Below, in pieces: positions 19,315 through 29,450 of a stretch of 64,000 bases of DNA. The DNA comes from an uncultured delta proteobacterium (lineage in GTDB: Bacteria > Myxococcota > Myxococcia > Myxococcales > Myxococcaceae). How positions within the stretch are numbered: position 1 is the stretch's first letter; every line of letters starts with the position of its first letter. The translations under genes were made by a program, and so were the position numbers. The notes beneath the pieces were generated by a model. It saw only the letters and a program-made list of their open reading frames with translations. It did not search any database and had not been told where the DNA came from. The stretch lies in contig CAVQKE010000003.1 in NCBI GenBank assembly GCA_963713045.1, positions 960,001-1,024,000 on the forward strand, given 5' to 3'.

Positions 19315-20885
19315 CGCGAGCCCCCGGTGCCATCGCGCTGGCCGGTTGTCACACCTCCGTCGGGCGGGAATGACTCGGGGCAGGCCCGGCTAAAGCCGAC
19401 CGCCAGCGCCCTGCTCAGACCAGTCTCTCCGGGGGGAAGCAGCTCCCGAGCCTGTTTCGCCACCGAGAGGCCCTCGGCACAGTGGCCCGCCGCAGCGAGG
19501 GCCAGCGCGTCAATGCTGAGCACTTCGCCATTCCATGGCGCGAGCTGGGCGGCTCGCTCAGCCAGGACCAGCGCTTCTGGCCGTTGGTCGCGCGAGAGGA
19601 GATTCTGTGCCGCCCGCGCGAGAACCAGCGGGCTATCCGGCAGGAGCTCCACTGCCCGCTTGTAAGCAAGGTAGCGCTCCCCAGCTGGACCGGCCGTATC
19701 CCACAGTGCATCACCGAGCAGCAGCCACGCCCAGCCGTCCCCCGGATGGGCGTCGACTGCGCGACGTGCATGCTCGAGTCGCTGCGGCGGAGGGACCAGA
19801 GGAGCCAGCAGCTGGAGGGCTCCGACGGAGGCCGGGTCGAGCGCCAGCGTGCGGTTGAGTTCGGTAGCGGCTTCACGAAGCAGCTCCTCCCGCTTGGGCG
19901 CAGCCAGCGCCACCTGGGCGTGAAGCAGGTGCAGCTCCGCCTCGGTCAGCGGGCGTGCCGTAATCTCGACGCCCAAGGGTGGCACCTCAATCTCCACCAG
20001 CCGCGGCGTTCCGTTGCGCGAGAACTCCCACAGCGCCGTCCCCAGTTGGTCCGCGACAACGTTCGGAAAGCACCGGGTCCAGCCCTGAGCCACCTCGACA
20101 CGTGCCGCCAACTGCTCCTGCAAACAGCGCAGCTCGGCGGGGTGCGTTGTGAAGAGCCATTCGTAAAGCTGCCAGCTTGCCCCGTACAGCCCCATCGATT
20201 CGCTTTGGGAAAGCCCCATGAACGGCGTGTTCCAGCGGAGGACGTCGATGACGTCGATCGATCGAATGCGCCGGTATTCGATCCACGCCCCAGGGTTGAT
20301 GAGCCCAATGGTGGCTTTGCGGCCATCCTCGGAAAGCTTCAACGACTCAAAAAATTCCGCCTGGCCCTCGGAGAACCAGAGCGGCAGTCGCGGATAAACG
20401 GCCGAGGCAATGTGGTGTGCGAATTCGTGCAGGAGGACCGAGGAAGACCCCTCCTTGGCCAGTTGGAGATGAACCAGGAGTTCGTCTTGCCCCACCACGG
20501 GCGCGCGGCGACGGCCGGTGGGAGCGATGACGGTGTTCTCCGCTCCCATCCGCTGACCCCAGTGGTCGGGGCTGCCCCAGAGGATGATGCGTGGCGGAAG
20601 TGCCGAGTGCGAGTAGATGCCGCGGCTTCCGGCACCAGCGTACCTTTCGAATTCTGCCCGGTCCCGAAAGACGATGATGTCGGCAGGCTCGACGCCAGCC
20701 TCGTGCAGGGGCGGCCACATCGCGGCCACCAGCGCGGCGCGTGTCCGTTCGATTTCGATCGCAGCCTGCATCGCCGTCGCCTGGTCGAGGTCCGTGCGCA
20801 GCGTGAAGTGCACCGACTTAAGCTCTTGCCAGCCTTGGGCCGGGTTGGCGGCGACGACCAGCAAGACCGCGACTGCGTGAAGCAT
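19311..20885 (-). CDS. Secreted HExxH (DUF1570/peptidase MA-like) protein with TPR repeats
   Basis: Signal peptide, W.ELKS.HF.L.TD, LHEFAH...PLWFSEG.AEF, and TPR-like helices in the C-terminal half. Confidence 0.8.
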   Translation of the reverse strand: MLHAVAVLLVVAANPAQGWQELKSVHFTLRTDLDQATAMQAAIEIERTRAALVAAMWPPLHEAGVEPADIIVFRDRAEFERYAGAGSRGIYSHSALPPRIILWGSPDHWGQRMGAENTVIAPTGRRRAPVVGQDELLVHLQLAKEGSSSVLLHEFAHHIASAVYPRLPLWFSEGQAEFFESLKLSEDGRKATIGLINPGAWIEYRRIRSIDVIDVLRWNTPFMGLSQSESMGLYGASWQLYEWLFTTHPAELRCLQEQLAARVEVAQGWTRCFPNVVADQLGTALWEFSRNGTPRLVEIEVPPLGVEITARPLTEAELHLLHAQVALAAPKREELLREAATELNRTLALDPASVGALQLLAPLVPPPQRLEHARRAVDAHPGDGWAWLLLGDALWDTAGPAGERYLAYKRAVELLPDSPLVLARAAQNLLSRDQRPEALVLAERAAQLAPWNGEVLSIDALALAAAGHCAEGLSVAKQARELLPPGETGLSRALAVGFSRACPESFPPDGGVTTGQRDGTGGSR

Positions 20886-23174
20886 TTAGATGTACCCGTA
20901 GCGGCGCCGAAGGACCCATTCCAGGCCGAGCACAGTCGCCAGAACCAACAGCCATTCCCAGCGGTCCCAGAGGGGCCGGTCTCGACTCCGGCCTACCTCA
21001 ACAATGGGCGGGTCGAGGAGCGGCAGGTCGGGAAGGGACTGCAGCGGCAAGCGGTACACTTTGCCCCCCGTGTCCCGGGCGATCGTGCTCAAGAGGTCCA
21101 TCCGCACCGACGCATCGGTCAGTTCAGGGCCAAGGGTACGTACCGCGACCGCGTCCTCGCCTTCGCCCAGCACGCGGTCGCCAGCTTTTGCCACGGCATG
21201 GACGCGGTAGGCGCCCACCGGCTGCGACGGAAAGCTGACCCGGGCCGTGCCGTCCGCGCCGGTGGTGGTGTGCGCGGTGGCCACGACACGGCGGTCTCGG
21301 ACTGCCGACAATTCGAGCGTGACGGCCGCACCCGCTGCCGGCTGATAGTCCGGCTCGCGGGCGGTCACCACCGCCCCGACAGCCGTCCCCGGCTCAACCG
21401 AGGGCGGCTCGGCAGTGACTTGAAGCGTGGTGAGGTCCGGGTCGCGCACCAGCCAGCGCAGCGCATTGCCCCAAAACCGGTCGTACAGTCGGCTCGGCTC
21501 TCCGTTGCGGTGGACGGTGAAGGCCCACGTCCAGGCATCATCCGTCATCAGCGCCATTGCCCGTCCACGGCCATGCTCCCACAGTGCCAGCACCGGGGCC
21601 GGTTTAGCATCCAGCAGCAGGCCCGGATGGTCGAGGAGCACCGTGGCCCCCGGTTTGGCGCGGACCAGGTTGACGCCGGAGCCAGCGGGCAATTCATCCC
21701 AGGCGGCGAGCGAGGCGGCGGCCGTCGGGAACACGCTGGTCACCGGGTGCCGCTGTCCTTCCGCCGTCAGGTGCACCCGGTAGGGAGCGACGCTCGCCGC
21801 TTGGCCGATTGCGTCGACCGGGAGGGCCCGGTCAAGGATGGGGTAACTGGTCCGTCCGTCACCAAAGGCTCGGTCGCCGCCGATGGCCACCAGAGCCCCG
21901 CCATTGGCAACGTATTGCTCGAGCTTCCTTTCGTATTGGGCGATGGAAAGCTGCGGGTCGGAGTGCCCGAAATTCTGAAAAATCACGACGTCGAAGGTGC
22001 TCAACTTGGCATCGAAAATCTCTTCCATCGGAAACGGAATGAGGGACAGCTCGCGCTCGGGATTGCGCGTCTGTGGGTCGTCACTGCTGGTGCGCAAGAT
22101 GTAAAAGGACACCAAGTCCACATTCGCGTCCTGACGCAAGAGCCCGCGTAGGAAGCGCTCGTCCCAAGACGGCCGCCCCACCACCAGCAGCACGCGCACG
22201 CGGTCGCGAATCACCTTGAGAACGAAGCTGCGAGTGTTGTTCTCGGTGACCGCTTCGCCAGGAAACACGGGCGCGCTGAGCGTGTAGACGAAGCGCCCGG
22301 TTTGGTCTGGGGTAAAGGTGAATGACACGGTCGTCGTCTCGTCGGCTCCGGCGACGTGAATGTTCTTCGTCCCGAGGACCTGGCCCTCGCGCTCCAGCGT
22401 CACTGGCACGTCGCGCCCGGGCAAGCCCCGGACTCGAAGCTCGACTTCCACCGCGACCGCATTTCGAACGAAGGCGAAGTCGTCCACCTTGAGGTTTTCG
22501 AGGGCCAGGTCGAGCAGCGAGGGGTCTCCCACCGGCACCGTGGAGATTGGAAAGCCAAGCGCCGCGAGCTCCGCCTTCACGCGTGGAGAGACCCCCTCTT
22601 GGAGCTCGGCATTGTCCGCCCCATCCGAGAAGAGCAGCACGCCGGACAGCTTGCGGCTTCCCCCGGTATCCGTTGCCCGCAGAGCGCGCAGGGCACCGAG
22701 CAGGTCGGTGCGTGTCCCCTTGGCCGGTGCAGCCCGAAGAATCTCCTCGCTCACCGGGACCAGGGCCGGCTCAAAGCCGAGCACTTCCACGTTGAACCGG
22801 TCCTCCAGGGCTTTGAGCCCCGGCGCAAGGCGTCCCAGCGCCTCGGCCACCGCTGCGGTTCGAGTCCCTCCGCCGGGTGCGACCGGGAGTTCCATCGACG
22901 CGCTCCGGTCCACCAACACCGCCACCCGGTTCTTCACGCGCGCGACTTGAAGCGTGCGCACGCCCGGCTCCAGCAGCAGCGCCAGCGCCGCCGCCGCGGC
23001 GACGGTACGAAGGCCGAGCAGGACGGCGCGTCGGCCGAGCGACGGTTCCCGCCGCAAACCAGCCGCGGCCAGCAGCACGCCCAAGGCCACCGCCAGGCCG
23101 AGCAGCGCGAGGGCCCAACTTGGCAGTGGTGACAGACTCACCAGCTTCCACGCCGTCGAGTCCGCCTCGTTCAT
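20886..23174 (-). CDS. Membrane-anchored vWA + glutamine amidotransferase-like (GATase1-like) domain protein
   Basis: N-terminal TMs, vWA MIDAS VDRSASM and FSDG, VLLVVGRPSWDERFLR, C-terminal LEWVLRRR. Start at 23174 overlaps the upstream stop (ATGA). Confidence 0.8.
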   Translation of the reverse strand: MNEADSTAWKLVSLSPLPSWALALLGLAVALGVLLAAAGLRREPSLGRRAVLLGLRTVAAAAALALLLEPGVRTLQVARVKNRVAVLVDRSASMELPVAPGGGTRTAAVAEALGRLAPGLKALEDRFNVEVLGFEPALVPVSEEILRAAPAKGTRTDLLGALRALRATDTGGSRKLSGVLLFSDGADNAELQEGVSPRVKAELAALGFPISTVPVGDPSLLDLALENLKVDDFAFVRNAVAVEVELRVRGLPGRDVPVTLEREGQVLGTKNIHVAGADETTTVSFTFTPDQTGRFVYTLSAPVFPGEAVTENNTRSFVLKVIRDRVRVLLVVGRPSWDERFLRGLLRQDANVDLVSFYILRTSSDDPQTRNPERELSLIPFPMEEIFDAKLSTFDVVIFQNFGHSDPQLSIAQYERKLEQYVANGGALVAIGGDRAFGDGRTSYPILDRALPVDAIGQAASVAPYRVHLTAEGQRHPVTSVFPTAAASLAAWDELPAGSGVNLVRAKPGATVLLDHPGLLLDAKPAPVLALWEHGRGRAMALMTDDAWTWAFTVHRNGEPSRLYDRFWGNALRWLVRDPDLTTLQVTAEPPSVEPGTAVGAVVTAREPDYQPAAGAAVTLELSAVRDRRVVATAHTTTGADGTARVSFPSQPVGAYRVHAVAKAGDRVLGEGEDAVAVRTLGPELTDASVRMDLLSTIARDTGGKVYRLPLQSLPDLPLLDPPIVEVGRSRDRPLWDRWEWLLVLATVLGLEWVLRRRYGYI

Positions 23175-23920
23175 CTGCGCTTCTTCAGAATCAGCGGCAA
23201 GTGGACTGCGTCGTCCTTGTAGTCCAGGCACAGCGCGTACATGCAGATGTTGATGCCGGTCCGGACCGCAAGTTCGCGTTGGGCCTCCCCCCCCGGGACC
23301 ACCTCGAAGGCGTAGTCACCGCCTTCATCGCGGGCCCATGCACCGGCCAGGTCATTCTGTGAATACAGGACGGCCGCCCGACCGCCAATCAGGGCGGCCT
23401 GCAACTGGGGGTGGGTGAAGAGCCGTCCCGGTGCCGAGTCCAAAAGGTAGAACGTCTTGAAGACGACGTGATTGGAGGAAAGAGGCTGCAGCGGCGAGGC
23501 GGGAAGCACTCGGGCCATCTCCCGGCGGAAGGCTGCGTCGAAGCCAGTCCCCGACGAGCCGTCGTTGGCATCGGCCAGAACGAAGCCGCCGTAGGTGAGG
23601 TATCTCCGCAGCGTCTCGACCTCCGCTGAAGCCAGCGGCGGGAAGTCCCCGTCGCCTCCAAAGTAGAGGAAGGGAAAGTCGAAGAGGCGCGTGTTGAGCG
23701 CCAAAGGGCGCGCCTCGGCCACCACTTCAACCGACGTGCGTCGCTGGAGCTCCCAGGCGAGCCGGCGCAACCCGGACAGGCGTGCATTCCAACGGCCCCC
23801 GTGCTGCGCCACCGCTGGAACGAAGCGCGAGCCATCCCCGAAGGCGTCAGCCCGCTTCGGCAGCAGCAGAGCCGACAGGGCGGCGAGCACGGCTCGCCGT
23901 GGAAGGGGGGGAATGCCCAT
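23171..23920 (-). CDS. DUF4159 domain protein
   Basis: FPFLYFGG, LRRYL..GGF..AD, F..FYLL, SQNDLAGAW, GINI.MYALC.DYK.D..H. Twin-Arg-like leader PRRAVL. Confidence 0.82.
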   Translation of the reverse strand: MGIPPLPRRAVLAALSALLLPKRADAFGDGSRFVPAVAQHGGRWNARLSGLRRLAWELQRRTSVEVVAEARPLALNTRLFDFPFLYFGGDGDFPPLASAEVETLRRYLTYGGFVLADANDGSSGTGFDAAFRREMARVLPASPLQPLSSNHVVFKTFYLLDSAPGRLFTHPQLQAALIGGRAAVLYSQNDLAGAWARDEGGDYAFEVVPGGEAQRELAVRTGINICMYALCLDYKDDAVHLPLILKKRR

Positions 23921-23983
23921 AGGGTCTAGGAGAGATACCATCGACGGGCGCGCCCATTCCTGCGCTATAGAGCCCGGGCGCAC

Positions 23984-24247
23984 ATGGCCAAGACCGAAAG
24001 AAGCGAGCAACGAAGCGAGCCCCTCCTGCCGGCATGGCGAGCCCTGGACGCTGGTGACGTGGTGGCGGCGCGCCGTCTGGCAGCGACCGTGGCCCTGGCT
24101 CCTCCCTCACCGGCCGTCGAGGCCGAGGCCAAGGAGCTTCTTCGCCGCACCGACGTGGCATGGCCGGTGCTCGTCTTCGGCGCCCTCGCCCTGGTGTTGG
24201 TGCTCGCTCTCATTCTGCTTGCCGTTGTTCGCAGCGCACACCCGTGA
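23984..24247 (+). CDS. Small membrane protein
   Basis: 87 aa with a C-terminal TM helix. First gene of a 3-gene run with overlapping stop/start codons. Confidence 0.6.
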   Translation: MAKTERSEQRSEPLLPAWRALDAGDVVAARRLAATVALAPPSPAVEAEAKELLRRTDVAWPVLVFGALALVLVLALILLAVVRSAHP

Positions 24248-24927
24248 ATCCCCCGTGGCTCAGCGACGCACTCAGCGTCTTCCGCAGTCCGGACCCGTCC
24301 GCATGGCTCTCGCTGTCTAGCCGTCTGCCCTGGGTGCTGGCGGCGGCGGCGGCCCTGCTCGGTGCCTTCCTGCTGGTGGCCGGCGGTGGAAAGGCGTTTC
24401 GGGTCATCGCCGCCCCGGTGGGGGCACTGTTGGGCTTACTCTGGGGGGCGGCGTTGGCAGGACCGCTCGGGCTCCCTGCCAGTGAGACGGCCGTCGCCGT
24501 CGGCTCGGCGGTGGTTCTTTTTGGCCTCGGCGCACTGGCGCCGTCGGTGGTCGTGGCCATCGCTTTCGGGGCTCCGGTAGGGCTGGCCTTCGGGGAATTG
24601 GTCGGAAATACGGGCTTTCTCCTGGGCTTCGTTCCGGCAGCCCTTCTGGCAGGTGCCGTGGCTGCCGTGCTGCACCGGCCGCTGCGGGTCCTGGTGGCGG
24701 CAAGCAGCGGAGCGGCGCTGCTCCTGCTCGGCGTGCTGCGGCTGCTGCGCGCAGTTCCGGCGGTGACCGGGCTCACCCTGACGCACCCGGTGTGGCTGCT
24801 CGCCGCCGCAGGCGCACTGGCTTTTGGCGGAGCGGTGGTACAACTCGCGGCCTCGATGAAAACCCACACTGGGGCGCGCAACGGCGACCCTGCGCCGCCG
24901 AGGGCCTGGAAGCGGACCGACGGATGA
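24244..24927 (+). CDS. Polytopic membrane protein (DUF4203-like)
   Basis: About 7 hydrophobic Gly/Ala-rich helices; GTGA and ATGA overlaps with its neighbours. Confidence 0.65.
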   Translation: MNPPWLSDALSVFRSPDPSAWLSLSSRLPWVLAAAAALLGAFLLVAGGGKAFRVIAAPVGALLGLLWGAALAGPLGLPASETAVAVGSAVVLFGLGALAPSVVVAIAFGAPVGLAFGELVGNTGFLLGFVPAALLAGAVAAVLHRPLRVLVAASSGAALLLLGVLRLLRAVPAVTGLTLTHPVWLLAAAGALAFGGAVVQLAASMKTHTGARNGDPAPPRAWKRTDG

Positions 24928-26300
24928 GCGCAGCGAAATCGGCCTCCAGCACTCCTGCAGCTTCCGACAATCGCCTTGGGCGACGTGGCTGGCTGGTGCT
25001 CGCCGCGATTGTCATCGTGGTGAACATTCCCTTGATCATCCGGCCCTTTCGCCCCCTCCCCGAGGCGGGCGTGCTTCTCCCTTTTTTCGACACCTTCTCC
25101 GACCCAGGCACGGTGCAGGCGCACTACCACAGCCTCGGGGGCTTCCCGCGGGTGTTGAATGGCGAGCTGCTCTCTCCGGGGACGAAGAACAACCCGCTGT
25201 GGCTAAAGGCCAACCTGCCGGACAACGTGTCGGTGGAATTCGATGCCCGCGCCCCCACCCAGGAGGGAGAAATCCGGGTGGAACTCTTTGGCAACGGGTA
25301 CGACCATCTCTCCGGGTATGAACTTGTTTACGCGCCCTGGGCGGCGGTGGGCGTCCCGGGGCGGCTGCCGGCGACGCTGGTTCGTCTGGATGAGAACGCT
25401 CCCACGCTTCAACGCTGGCAGGAGAAGGCCCGTGCCGCCGGTGCCAACTCGCTGACCGCCGTCGGCTATGGACCGACTTCGGGCGTCCGGGTGGAGGGCC
25501 CACCGGTTTCCATCGAACCGGGTCGTGTTTATCGGATGCGCGTGGAACGCCGGGGCGAGACCCTGCGCTGGTGGGTCGACGGCCAGCGGATTGTTGAGTT
25601 CCGAGACCCTTACCCGTTGCACGGTCCATGGCACGACCGGGTCGGACTTTCCAGCGTCGAGGGAGACGTCTACTACGACAACTTCCGAGTCACGCCTTTG
25701 GACGCTGCTCCCTTCCCCGCCGAGGCGGTGGTGCCTGAGCTTGGACCAGGGCCGTTCAGCGATGACTTCGAGCGGGGTGCGCTGGGAAAGGACTGGCTTG
25801 CCACTGACCCCACGGCGGTGCGTCTGGAAAAAGGCGTCCTCACAGTGGAGCGCGCACACAACCACCCGGTGTGGCTACGGCATCCCATTCCCGAGGACGC
25901 CACCATCGAGTTCGACGCCTGGACCGACAGCCCCGACGGCGACATCAAGGTCGAGGCGTGGGGAGATGGCCGCAGCGCGCACGCCGGGTCGCCCGAGGCG
26001 GCCTATGAAGCCAGCGGATACGTCTTCGTCTTCGGCGGCTGGCGTAACACCAAAAGCGTGCTCGCTCGCCAGCAAGAGCATGGCTCAAACATCGCCGAGC
26101 GCTCGGCACCCATCGTCGAGCCGGGCCGGCATTACCACTGGCTCATTCAGCGCAAGGGCGGCGAGGTCTCCTGGAGCCTCGACGGCAGACCGTTTCTCAA
26201 CTTCAATGACCCGGCGCCGCTGACTGGACCGTCGCACAGCTACTTCGCCTTCTCAGGCTGGGAGTCGCCAGTCCACTTCGACAATCTGCGGATTCGGTAG
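24924..26300 (+). CDS. Membrane-anchored protein with two tandem ConA/LamG-like beta-sandwich domains
   Basis: N-terminal TM, then two homologous halves (F.D.F...N.P.WL..P...VEFDA...EPGR.Y...VYYDNF/VHFDNL). Confidence 0.75.
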   Translation: MSAAKSASSTPAASDNRLGRRGWLVLAAIVIVVNIPLIIRPFRPLPEAGVLLPFFDTFSDPGTVQAHYHSLGGFPRVLNGELLSPGTKNNPLWLKANLPDNVSVEFDARAPTQEGEIRVELFGNGYDHLSGYELVYAPWAAVGVPGRLPATLVRLDENAPTLQRWQEKARAAGANSLTAVGYGPTSGVRVEGPPVSIEPGRVYRMRVERRGETLRWWVDGQRIVEFRDPYPLHGPWHDRVGLSSVEGDVYYDNFRVTPLDAAPFPAEAVVPELGPGPFSDDFERGALGKDWLATDPTAVRLEKGVLTVERAHNHPVWLRHPIPEDATIEFDAWTDSPDGDIKVEAWGDGRSAHAGSPEAAYEASGYVFVFGGWRNTKSVLARQQEHGSNIAERSAPIVEPGRHYHWLIQRKGGEVSWSLDGRPFLNFNDPAPLTGPSHSYFAFSGWESPVHFDNLRIR

Positions 26301-26429
26301 CGCCTTGGACGTCCTCTCCCCTGCTGGCCGCTGGCCGCAATGGGAACACCCGCGCCGGCCGCGGGAACAACCCGGGGGTTGAGCTAGACCCCGGGCTTCC
26401 CCGGTCCCTTGGACGCTCGCCGGCCACAG

Positions 26430-27581
26430 TCACAACTCCGGCTTGGCGACCACGTCGAAGTCTGGAATCTCGCGGCGCAGGTAGTCGCGCATCCGCCCGA
26501 GGAGTTGTGCCTCAATCTGGCGAGCTCGCTCCCGTGAGACACCAAAGTGCGTGCCGATGTCCTGAAGCGTCATCGGCTCGTCGGCGATGAGGCGCTTGTC
26601 GAAGATGTATTTGTCCTTGCCATCCAGGTCGCGGGCGAAATTGTTGAGTTTGTCTCGAAACAGCCGCTTCACTTCCTCGCTGGCGAGCTGCTCGTCGGCT
26701 CCCTGCACCGAGCTTGCTGGCATGAGGCGCTCGGCACGGGTGGTCTTCCCGTCTTCGCCGATCGGGGCGTCGAGGGACACCTCGTCCTGACCGAGGCGCT
26801 GGTCCATCTCTTCCACGTCCTTCTCGGTGACGTGCAGGCGCTCGGCCAGCAGCTTCGGACTGGGCTCCACGCCCTGAGAGGCCAGCCGCTGCTGCTCCTG
26901 GCGCAACTTGAAGAACAGTTTCCGCTGGGCCTCAGTGGTGCCCAGCTTCACCATCTTCCAGTTGTCCATGATGTAGCGGAGCAAGTAGGCACGAATCCAC
27001 CACGCGGCATAGGTGGACAGCTTCACACCGCGTTCCGGGTCGAACTTCTTGACCGCTTGCATCAGCCCGATGTTGCCTTCCTGGATGAGGTCAAGCAGAG
27101 CAATCGGGTTGCGCTGGTACTCGTGGGCGAGCTTCACCACCAGGCGAAGATTGGCAGACACCAGCTGCGCCGCGGCGTCGAGGTCCCCGGCAGTGCGGTA
27201 GCGACGCGCGAGAGCGGTCTCCGCCTCGCGGCTCAGCAGCGGGTGGCGCTGCACCTCGGCCATGTAGGCCCGCAACGGGTCTGCACGCTCGAGCTCTCGG
27301 GAACCCTCCACCCTCGGCTGGGCGTGGGGTTCTTTGACCACCTCCGCCATCTCGGGCGCTGGAGTCGGCGGCGCTGGAGTCGGCGGAGCCGGCGTTGCCA
27401 CGCGCGTCGATTGGGATTTCACCGGCTGCGCTGGAGTCGGTGGAGCCGGCGTTGCCGCGCGCGTCGGTTGGGATTTCACCGGCTTGACCACCGCCGCTGG
27501 CTTCCGCCGCGACGTGGCTCGCGCCTTCGGCGGGCGGCGCTTCGCTTTGGACGGCGCTTTCGGTGTGCGCGGCGTAGGCAT
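26430..27581 (-). CDS. rpoH: RNA polymerase sigma-32 (RpoH)-like factor with a low-complexity N-terminal extension
   Basis: ANLRLVVK, DLIQEGNIGLM.AV.KFDP, YAAWWIRA, RpoH box QRKLFFKLR, VSRERARQIE. Myxobacteria have several RpoH-like paralogs, so orthology is uncertain. Confidence 0.88.
   Translation of the reverse strand: MPTPRTPKAPSKAKRRPPKARATSRRKPAAVVKPVKSQPTRAATPAPPTPAQPVKSQSTRVATPAPPTPAPPTPAPEMAEVVKEPHAQPRVEGSRELERADPLRAYMAEVQRHPLLSREAETALARRYRTAGDLDAAAQLVSANLRLVVKLAHEYQRNPIALLDLIQEGNIGLMQAVKKFDPERGVKLSTYAAWWIRAYLLRYIMDNWKMVKLGTTEAQRKLFFKLRQEQQRLASQGVEPSPKLLAERLHVTEKDVEEMDQRLGQDEVSLDAPIGEDGKTTRAERLMPASSVQGADEQLASEEVKRLFRDKLNNFARDLDGKDKYIFDKRLIADEPMTLQDIGTHFGVSRERARQIEAQLLGRMRDYLRREIPDFDVVAKPEL
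27356..27484. repeat. In-frame tandem repeat: 2 x 57 bp (27371-27427, 27428-27484) plus a 15-bp partial copy
   Basis: The two copies differ at 3 positions and encode PVKSQ(P/S)TR(A/V)ATPAPPTPA. Confidence 0.9.
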
Positions 27582-27641
27582 GCGTTACCGGGCCGGGACA
27601 TTGCCAGAGACCCGGCCAGGGATTAAGCCCCCTTTCCACAG

Positions 27642-29447
27642 ATGACAGACACTTTTCCCGCGTCCTCGTCGACGCCACCTCCCGAAGACGCCGAGGATGG
27701 TTCGCCAATCGACGGTCCCCAGGATTACGTCGCGGACATCGGCTTCGACGACCTCCCAATTTCACCCGAAGTTCGGCGAGCCCTCGCCGAGCGCGGATAC
27801 GCACGGCCGACCCCAGTTCAGGCCAAGGCCTTCGCCCCGGCTTTCGCCGGCCGAGACCTCATCGTCCGAAGCAAGACTGGCACCGGAAAGACGGCGGCAT
27901 TTGGCCTCCCGTTGCTCGAGCGCATCGACCCCAAGGACAAGGAAGTTCGGGCCTTGGTGCTCTGTCCGACGCGGGAGCTCGCGCTTCAAGTCGCAGCCGA
28001 GGTCGGAGACCTGGGGAAGTACCGGGGCATCAAGGTGGCGGCCATCTACGGCGGCGCTTCGATGAAGGCCCAGGAGGACGCGCTTGAGACCGGCGTTCAC
28101 ATCGTGGTGGGAACCCCAGGACGCGTCTACGACCACATTCGCCGCAAGAACTTGAAGCTCGAAGGTTGCCGGCACGTGGTGTTGGACGAAGCCGATGAGA
28201 TGTTGAACCAGGGCTTTTTCGAGGAGGTAACCCGCATTCTCGACTGCTTGCCTCAGGGAAGGCAGGTCCTGCTCTTCAGCGCCACGGTCCCCCCCGACAT
28301 CCAGCGACTGATCGCCAAGTACACCACCTCCCCCGAAGCGCTGCTCCTCTCCGGGGATGTTCTGACCGTCGACCACATCCACCACATCCGCTACGACGTC
28401 ACCGACGCCTACCCCAAGCCGCGCAACCTGGTCTACGTGCTGGAGATGGAGGAGCCGGACAATGCCATCATCTTCTGCAACACGCGCGACGACACGGCGT
28501 TGGTGACCGCGGTGTTGAACCGAACGGGGTTCGACGCCGAGCTCCTCAACGGCGACCTCCCCCAGTCCGAGCGGGAGCGGGTGATGGCCAAGGTGAAGCG
28601 GGGCGAGGTCGCCTTCATGGTTGCAACCGACATTGCCGCGCGGGGCATCGACATCTCCGACCTGCAGTACGTCATCAACTATTCGCTGCCCGAGGACCCG
28701 GCGGTGTATCTGCACCGCGTCGGTCGGACGGGCCGCATTGGAAAGAAGGGCGTCGCCATCAACCTCATCTCCGGCCGGGAACTGGGGACGCTTTCTGCGC
28801 TCGAGAAGAAGTACGGCATTGTCTTCGAAAAGCGCCAGATGCCCAGCCCGGAAGAGGCCCTCAAGCTGTGGACCGAGCGCCACGTGCGGGACATCAAGGA
28901 GGCCGCCGCCTCGAGCGTCTATGAGGGCTACCTCGCCCTGGCAGGCGCGCTCAAGGCCCGAACCGACGCCGATGACTTGATTGGCTTTCTTCTCAAGTCC
29001 TTCTTCCACCATCTGCGCGTCGACAAAGCGCAGGCCGTCTTGGCTGAAGAGCGCGCTGCCGGCCTCCCTCCCCGCGAGCCCAAGCGCGAGCGCGGTGAGC
29101 GCTCCGAGCGTGGGCCGAAGCCGTCTGCCGGTCGCCGCGAGCGGCCTCCCCGGCGTGACCGCCCCCCCGACACCGCTGCCGAGGCGCCTCGGCGCCCACG
29201 CGGCGAAGTCGCCGGACAGGTGCGCCTTTGGCTCAACCTCGGCTCGGCGGAGGGACTCGACGACGCCGGACTTCGCGCGGCGCTGGAAGCGTTGGGCGCC
29301 CCAATCGGGAAACTGGCCCGGGTCGAGCTCCGACCAACATACAGCTACGTCTTCGTCGCCGAGGGGGATGCGCCGGCCTTCGAGAAACTCGATGGCCAGA
29401 GCCATCAAGGGAAGACGTTGAAAATCGAGCGAGCGCGCCGCCGCTAG
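27642..29447 (+). CDS. DEAD-box RNA helicase with a C-terminal DbpA-type RNA-binding domain
   Basis: Q motif, TGTGKT, PTRELA, TPGR, DEAD, SAT, ARGID, HRVGRTGR. Confidence 0.93.
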   Translation: MTDTFPASSSTPPPEDAEDGSPIDGPQDYVADIGFDDLPISPEVRRALAERGYARPTPVQAKAFAPAFAGRDLIVRSKTGTGKTAAFGLPLLERIDPKDKEVRALVLCPTRELALQVAAEVGDLGKYRGIKVAAIYGGASMKAQEDALETGVHIVVGTPGRVYDHIRRKNLKLEGCRHVVLDEADEMLNQGFFEEVTRILDCLPQGRQVLLFSATVPPDIQRLIAKYTTSPEALLLSGDVLTVDHIHHIRYDVTDAYPKPRNLVYVLEMEEPDNAIIFCNTRDDTALVTAVLNRTGFDAELLNGDLPQSERERVMAKVKRGEVAFMVATDIAARGIDISDLQYVINYSLPEDPAVYLHRVGRTGRIGKKGVAINLISGRELGTLSALEKKYGIVFEKRQMPSPEEALKLWTERHVRDIKEAAASSVYEGYLALAGALKARTDADDLIGFLLKSFFHHLRVDKAQAVLAEERAAGLPPREPKRERGERSERGPKPSAGRRERPPRRDRPPDTAAEAPRRPRGEVAGQVRLWLNLGSAEGLDDAGLRAALEALGAPIGKLARVELRPTYSYVFVAEGDAPAFEKLDGQSHQGKTLKIERARRR

Positions 29448-29450
29448 TCG

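Noticed and set aside
22850..22885. GGTTCGAGTCCC, resembling a tRNA T-arm
   Set aside because: The T-stem does not pair fully, there is no cloverleaf, and it lies inside an intact CDS.
26371..26395. CCCGGGG...CCCCGGG hairpin between convergent genes
   Set aside because: No U-tract on either strand, so it is not supportable as an intrinsic terminator. It is a single copy, so not a REP family.
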